Below are positions 59,774-64,000 of a stretch of 64,000 nucleotides of DNA, in pieces; the first letter of the stretch is position 1, and each line of letters starts with the position of its first letter. The notes below the pieces were generated by a model, which saw only the letters and a list, made by a program, of their open reading frames with translations, ran no database searches and was not told the origin of the DNA. The DNA comes from Eubacteriales bacterium (lineage in GTDB: Bacteria; Bacillota; Clostridia; Oscillospirales; CAG-272), in NCBI GenBank assembly GCA_045531455.1, contig JAZSEA010000075.1:149978-213977 (forward strand), written 5' to 3'. Position numbers and translations under genes: made by a program.

Positions 59774-61548
59774 CAGATATCTCCTCCTTCGTCCTCTAGT
59801 TTCTGAAGCTTGACCATCTTTGCGTACTCTTCGCAATTCTCGCAAAGCTCCTCATGAGTACCGACAGCGGTAACCTCGCCATCCTCAACAAGAATGATCT
59901 TGTCCATATTTTCTACTGTTGAAATTCTGTGAGCAATAAGGATAGTGGTCTTCCCCGCTCTTTCTCTCTTAAGATTATCAAGAATCGTGCGTTCGGTCTT
60001 TGTGTCAACTGCGGAAACAGAGTCGTCAAGAATCAGAATCGGTGCATCCTTTAGAAGCGCTCTCGCAATTGAAATACGTTGCTTCTGACCGCCCGAAACG
60101 GTTACACCGCGCTCGCCAAGCATTGTATTATATCCTTCGGCAAACTCAGAAATATTTCCGTCAACGTCTGCAAGAGCGGCGACTCTTCTGATATCGTCGA
60201 TATTCTCTTCATCGGTATAGAAGGAAATATTGCTCTTGATCGTATCGCTGAAGAGGAAATTATCCTGCGGAACGTATGCAGCAGCACCGCGCACCTGCTT
60301 GATCGGCATCGTATTAACGTCCTTGCCATCAATGAAAAGCATATCGTCGCCGATATTATATATTCGTAAGATAAGATCAACGATAGTCGTTTTACCCGAT
60401 CCGGTCTTACCTACAATACCTACGTTTTCGCCTGCGTTGATCTTGAAGGATACATTTTTAAGAGCATCTCTGTCACCGTCAGGAAAGGTAAAGGAAAGGT
60501 TTCTGAACTCGATGTTGCCTTTAATCTCATCTGTATGAATAACGCCTTCTCTGTCCTTAACGTCAACAGGAGCATCAAGCAGTTCTCCGATCCTCTTGAG
60601 CGAAGCACGACCTCTCGAGGTCATATCTATAAGCTCGGATACAGCCATAACGGGCCAGATAACCGATGTAAAATAGCCGATAAACTCAACAAGCTGACCG
60701 GCATCAAAACGGTCGAGGTATACAAGATATCCACCGTAGCCGAGAATAACGCATACAACGGACTCGACAAACAGAGTTACGAAAATACGCAGAAGAACAC
60801 TTGCCCTTGTATATTCAAGGTTTGCCTCTTCGTTCTCGACGTTGAGCTTTTTGAACGCAAGAAGCTCCTTGGCTTCCTTTACGTATGCCTTGATAACTGC
60901 GATTCCCGAAAAGCTCTCCTGCGAAAAATCCGAAAGATTCGAATATGCCTCCTGACGCTTGTCCCATTTTTTCATCAGCGATCTACCAATGATAGCAGAT
61001 ACGACAAGAAGACAGATCAACGGCAGACAGGAAAGCAACGTAAGCGAATTGCTCATTCTCCACATCTTTATGATTGCGAGCACACCAAGAAGAAGCGCAT
61101 CGCAAAGCATCATAATACCCCACCCGAAGCACTCCTGAACGGTATCAAGATCATTGGTATAGAGCGACATCAGATTGCCTACTTTGTTAACCTGATAATA
61201 CTGATGCGACAAATCTTTTGAACGCTCAAACATCTTATTCCTGAGATCGGTTTCAAGCTTGATAGCTGCGCCAAAGAAACATACGCGCCAAAGAAAACGT
61301 CCGAGAAGCATTATCGCAATAACGCCGATCATAGGCAAGCATATCCTGTCAAGCAGGAAATTCATATCAAACGGAAGGACCTCTCCGTTAACAGTAACGC
61401 ATCCGTCGTTAAATCCGTTAACGATCATCTGGTAAAGCTCGGGAATTTCAAGCTGAAAATAGTCAACACCTATCAATGCTATCAATCCGAGCAAAAGCAT
61501 CCAGCCGTATTTAAGATAATATTTATTAATGTGTCTGCCGAAAATCAT
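59773..61548 (-). CDS. ABC exporter, fused permease/ATPase (heterodimer partner A)
   Basis: GKTGSGKTT, VSGGQKQRI and LILDDSVSA motifs. Start at MIFGRH (61548) has an AAGGAG RBS. The track start at 61614 would run through the promoter. Confidence 0.88.
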   Translation of the reverse strand: MIFGRHINKYYLKYGWMLLLGLIALIGVDYFQLEIPELYQMIVNGFNDGCVTVNGEVLPFDMNFLLDRICLPMIGVIAIMLLGRFLWRVCFFGAAIKLETDLRNKMFERSKDLSHQYYQVNKVGNLMSLYTNDLDTVQECFGWGIMMLCDALLLGVLAIIKMWRMSNSLTLLSCLPLICLLVVSAIIGRSLMKKWDKRQEAYSNLSDFSQESFSGIAVIKAYVKEAKELLAFKKLNVENEEANLEYTRASVLLRIFVTLFVESVVCVILGYGGYLVYLDRFDAGQLVEFIGYFTSVIWPVMAVSELIDMTSRGRASLKRIGELLDAPVDVKDREGVIHTDEIKGNIEFRNLSFTFPDGDRDALKNVSFKINAGENVGIVGKTGSGKTTIVDLILRIYNIGDDMLFIDGKDVNTMPIKQVRGAAAYVPQDNFLFSDTIKSNISFYTDEENIDDIRRVAALADVDGNISEFAEGYNTMLGERGVTVSGGQKQRISIARALLKDAPILILDDSVSAVDTKTERTILDNLKRERAGKTTILIAHRISTVENMDKIILVEDGEVTAVGTHEELCENCEEYAKMVKLQKLEDEGGDI

Positions 61549-61585
61549 CTTAGGCTCCTTATTGCATTTTTCGCATATTGTACTT

Positions 61586-61614
61586 ATTATACTACATATG
61601 AAAATGATTGTCAA
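61586..61614 (-). promoter_or_regulatory. Sigma-A-type promoter of the ABC exporter pair
   Basis: Minus strand: TTGACA, a 17-nt spacer, then TATAAT (perfect consensus). Confidence 0.72.
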
Positions 61615-61681
61615 CCTTTATTGCAATTAAATTGAACAACTGTTTGTTGCTTTTTCCAAAAATGCTATATACTCATAGTTG

Positions 61682-61715
61682 ACATAATAAAACAGCCACC
61701 TTAAAGCGGCTGTTT
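61682..61715 (-). terminator. Rho-independent terminator after the GH4 gene
   Basis: AAACAGCC...GGCTGTTT stem. On the minus strand it is followed by TTATTATG. Confidence 0.6.
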
Positions 61716-61723
61716 ATTATGTA

Positions 61724-63043
61724 TTAGAATATGGGATATCCGGCATTTGTATGAGCTGCAACAAGTTCATCTACAAGAGAAATGATCTCGTCCGTCGATA
61801 AATGCATACCGGTTCTGGGATCCATCATTGCAGCCTGATAGAGAGTCTCGATCTTTCCTGTGTGAGCTGCCTCGATCGTGAGAAGCTGCGGATAGATATT
61901 CGATGAGTTCATAGCCGCAAGCTGTGTGGGCAGGGGACCTACGTATGTAGGAGTGATACCACTCTTATCAACAAAGCAAGGCACCTCTACGCAAGCTTCA
62001 GCCGGAAGATTGGGGATAAGTCCATTATTGATAACGTTTCCGCCAATCTTATAAGGTACACCTGTAACGATAGCTTCCATAATTCTTGATGCATATTCAT
62101 GCGAGCGTGTATGCTCGGGAGTAATACCTTTGAGAAGATCCTCTCTCTGCTGAGCCCACTTAACTATATGCTTTTCGCATCTGCGGGGATACTCATCAAG
62201 CGGAATATTGAATTTCTCGACAAGATCTTCGCGGCCTGGCTTGATATAGAAATTGTTATACTCTGCATTATGCTCGCTCGACTCGGTGCAATAGTAACCG
62301 AACTTATCAATGTAATCGAAGCGAACCATATCCTTATGCTTTTCACCCGCGTTCATTTCTTTTGCATGTTGCTTGATCTCCGGATACAGGTCATTGCCGT
62401 TCTTATCTCTGATCTCAAGGAGCCAAGCCATATGGTTAATTCCCGCGATCTTCTCCTGACGTCCTTCAAGATATTCTTCCATACCGAGGCTCTTGAGAAG
62501 CTTCTCAGAGCAGACCTGAACGCTATGACAAAGACCGATGGATTTGATGGGAGTATGCCTTTCCATATATCCTGCCAGAATCGCCATAGGGTTTGTGTAG
62601 TTTAAGAAATACGCATCGGGACATACCTTGGCCATATCAGCGGCAAAATCCTTAAGCACGTGAATGGTACGCATACCTCTCATAATACCGCCAATACCGA
62701 GGGTATCACCGATCGTCTGTCTGATACCGTATTTCTTCGGAATCTCAAAATCAATCTTTGTGCAAGGATCGTAAAGCCCTACCTGGATTGCGTTGATAAC
62801 AAAGTTTGCACCCTTAAGAGCCTTTTTGCGGTTTTCAACGCCGAGATACTTTCTGATCTTAGCCTTATTACCGTTGATGATCTTATTAAGCTGCGAGATC
62901 AGCATATAAGAGTCTTCAAGTCTCTCTCCGTCAATGTCATAAAGCGCAATCTCCGCGTCCTTGAAGCAATCACACATAAGTGTATCGCCAAGCACCTTTT
63001 TTACGAACACACTGCTTCCTGCGCCCATAAACGTAATTTTCAT
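61724..63043 (-). CDS. Glycoside hydrolase family 4 (NAD/Mn-dependent alpha-glucosidase/alpha-galactosidase type)
   Basis: MKITFMGAGSSVF Rossmann start, NYTNPMA and GLCHSV catalytic-region motifs. Confidence 0.88.
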   Translation of the reverse strand: MKITFMGAGSSVFVKKVLGDTLMCDCFKDAEIALYDIDGERLEDSYMLISQLNKIINGNKAKIRKYLGVENRKKALKGANFVINAIQVGLYDPCTKIDFEIPKKYGIRQTIGDTLGIGGIMRGMRTIHVLKDFAADMAKVCPDAYFLNYTNPMAILAGYMERHTPIKSIGLCHSVQVCSEKLLKSLGMEEYLEGRQEKIAGINHMAWLLEIRDKNGNDLYPEIKQHAKEMNAGEKHKDMVRFDYIDKFGYYCTESSEHNAEYNNFYIKPGREDLVEKFNIPLDEYPRRCEKHIVKWAQQREDLLKGITPEHTRSHEYASRIMEAIVTGVPYKIGGNVINNGLIPNLPAEACVEVPCFVDKSGITPTYVGPLPTQLAAMNSSNIYPQLLTIEAAHTGKIETLYQAAMMDPRTGMHLSTDEIISLVDELVAAHTNAGYPIF

Positions 63044-63264
63044 AACTACATCGCCTCCGTTGAATTTCTTTTTAAAAGTAAATATATTATATCATATTTT
63101 GAGTGGATTTACAATATATTTTAGGAAATTAAATGCTTTCAAGAACTATTTATATACATTAGCAAAAACAGGCGAAACGTTTAGCTTGAATTACAGAATT
63201 TGATAATCTATAATTAAAAAAGTAATAAAGAACTAATTTTTCTCAAGTTTTTTTACAAAACCCC

Positions 63265-63293
63265 TTGAAATCCTCTTTGAAATGTGCTATAAT
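63265..63293 (+). promoter_or_regulatory. Sigma-A-type promoter upstream of the tRNA-Ser locus
   Basis: TTGAAA, a 17-nt spacer, then TGcTATAAT. Confidence 0.65.
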
Positions 63294-63330
63294 ATTGCAA
63301 GTTGAGTGGAGCTCGACAATAATATAATAC

Positions 63331-63426
63331 GGAGCGGTATCGAAGAGGTCATAACTGTTGCCTTGGCAACTATGATGACATCGAAATCATTGTTCCCAAC
63401 GGGAACAACTTTTGAGGTAGTGCTCC
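63331..63426 (+). other. tRNA-Ser-derived tRNA-like element A (no T-arm, hairpin insertion after the D-loop, 8-nt anticodon-like loop)
   Basis: The first 25 nt, GGAGCGGTATCGAAGAGGTCATAAC, are near-identical to the tRNA-Ser 5' end. The anticodon-arm homolog is GATGA-CATCGAAA-TCATT and the 3' end GTGCTCC can pair with the 5' GGAGCG. Confidence 0.5.
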
Positions 63427-63438
63427 ATAATTAAATAC

Positions 63439-63478
63439 GGAGCGGTATCGAAGAGGTCATAACGGGGCTGACTCGAAA
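63439..63478 (+). pseudogene. Truncated 5' half of tRNA-Ser(CGA), copy B, ending in the anticodon loop
   Basis: 37 of 40 nt are identical to positions 1-40 of the downstream tRNA-Ser. Similarity stops exactly after CTCGAAA. Confidence 0.6.
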
Positions 63479-63626
63479 GGTAGCCGAGCTTATCACTCTG
63501 CAACTTGCGAAAGCTCGTGAATTCTTCGTTTATCTCGCAAATGCTTCATTTTTCTTGAATTTTGGATGACAGCATTTCACTATCGGCCTTGCAAAAGCCG
63601 TGCAAAATTCAAACTTAACTTAATAC

Positions 63627-63715
63627 GGAGAGATATCGAAGTGGTCATAACGGGGCTGACTCGAAATCAGTTTGAGAGCAATCTCACGTGGGTTCGAATC
63701 CCACTCTCTCCGCCA
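63627..63715 (+). tRNA. tRNA-Ser (anticodon CGA)
   Basis: 89 nt. Acceptor GGAGAGA/TCTCTCC, anticodon arm GCTGA-CTCGAAA-TCAGT, long variable arm TGAGA-GCAA-TCTCA, T-arm GTGGG-TTCGAAT-CCCAC and an encoded GCCA end. Confidence 0.92.
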
Positions 63716-63719
63716 CATT

Positions 63720-63751
63720 GAGCCTAAAATCTCCGATTTTAGGCTCTTTTT
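63720..63751 (+). terminator. Rho-independent terminator after tRNA-Ser
   Basis: GAGCCTAAAATC-tcc-GATTTTAGGCTC hairpin followed by TTTTT. Confidence 0.85.
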
Positions 63752-63837
63752 CTTTCAATTTTGCCCGATTTTCAACTTTCATTCCCCACTTTCAAGGAAA
63801 ACCCCTTTTGCAGTCTTTGGGTTGTCTATCAGTTTTT

Positions 63838-63866
63838 TGCAAGGCTGTGCAAGGCAACTGCAAGGC
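63838..63866. repeat. Three direct TGCAAGGC repeats spaced 10 and 11 nt apart
   Basis: Copies at 63838, 63848 and 63859. The spacing matches the helical repeat. Confidence 0.8.
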
Positions 63867-63892
63867 TGGTCAAAAACACCCCATTTTTAGGG

Positions 63893-63910
63893 ACGGATAG
63901 ATACGGATAG
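63893..63910. repeat. Two direct ACGGATAG repeats spaced 10 nt apart
   Basis: Copies at 63893 and 63903. Confidence 0.75.
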
Positions 63911-64000
63911 GTACGCAAATAAACTGAGTAGGTATCATCTTGTCCGTAACTACGAGAGAGTTCGAATTGAATAAAGAAAATCGACCGCCTCGATTGCTCG

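Noticed and set aside
63331-63426. Element A as a functional decoding tRNA with an 8-nt anticodon loop (quadruplet or frameshift-suppressor type).
   Set aside because: There is no T-arm (no GTTCGAATC-like loop or stem), the D-stem 3' strand is destroyed by the hairpin insertion, and there is no CCA or proper 7-bp acceptor. It is at best a tRNA-like RNA.
63439-63715. Copy B plus the tRNA as one intron-containing or split tRNA-Ser gene.
   Set aside because: The downstream copy is already a complete tRNA including its own 5' half. The intervening ~150 nt is too short and lacks recognisable group I intron elements.
63672-63900. ORFs of 72 aa and 70 aa overlapping the tRNA-Ser 3' end and the terminator.
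   Set aside because: They start inside a tRNA gene, run through a terminator hairpin and have no RBS. They are spurious.
63838-63910. Short direct repeats as a CRISPR array.
   Set aside because: The repeats are only 8 nt with 2-3 nt between them, there are two or three copies, and there are no spacers or cas genes. No CRISPR-like array was seen anywhere else in the window.

Overview
This 64-kb window looks like a mid-GC, endospore-forming Firmicute of the Clostridia type. The markers are polC, spoIIID, ylmC/ymxH, a pdaA-like gene and ecfA1-ecfA2-ecfT-truA. All calls come from reading the ORF translations and the DNA by eye. No BLAST, HMM or Infernal search was run, so family names rest on recognised motifs and synteny.

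About 55 protein genes and one tRNA are supported, and most are conserved core genes:
- clpP (partial) and clpX.
- A small sporulation and cell-wall group: a Cys-rich protein, spoIIID and two NodB-type deacetylases.
- The classic minus-strand block rpsB-tsf-pyrH-frr-uppS-cdsA-dxr-rseP-ispG-polC.
- ylmC, a P-type-ATPase-like protein lacking the catalytic motifs, and a ClpE-like unfoldase.
- ruvC-methyltransferase-ecfA1A2T-truA on the minus strand.
- yfhO-ruvA-ruvB on the plus strand.

The most interesting region is 41.85-55.46 kb. Two consensus promoters each drive a complete T-box leader. My reading of the specifier codons is AUC (Ile) for the first and GUC (Val) for the second. Each leader precedes a paralogous three-domain protein: XRE helix-turn-helix, cupin and AMP-forming acyl-CoA synthetase. 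The second paralog heads a tightly packed operon containing:
- a P-loop NTPase;
- a four-subunit 2-oxoacid:ferredoxin oxidoreductase;
- a branched-chain aminotransferase;
- a LeuA (isopropylmalate synthase) paralog that has lost its catalytic residues but keeps the regulatory domain;
- a TIM-barrel/acyl-CoA-synthetase fusion.

I interpret this as a tRNA-charging-gated system that salvages short branched-chain acids into Val, Ile and possibly Leu by CoA activation, reductive carboxylation and transamination. The enzymes may also act as DNA-binding regulators. This interpretation is inference.

Other items worth a look:
- a tRNA-Ser(CGA) gene preceded in the same transcription unit by two tRNA-Ser-derived partial copies, and followed by helically phased direct repeats;
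- a consensus promoter firing antisense through spoIIID;
- the motif-less P-type ATPase homolog;
- a 277-aa protein with 24 cysteines, including a CCCCCC run.
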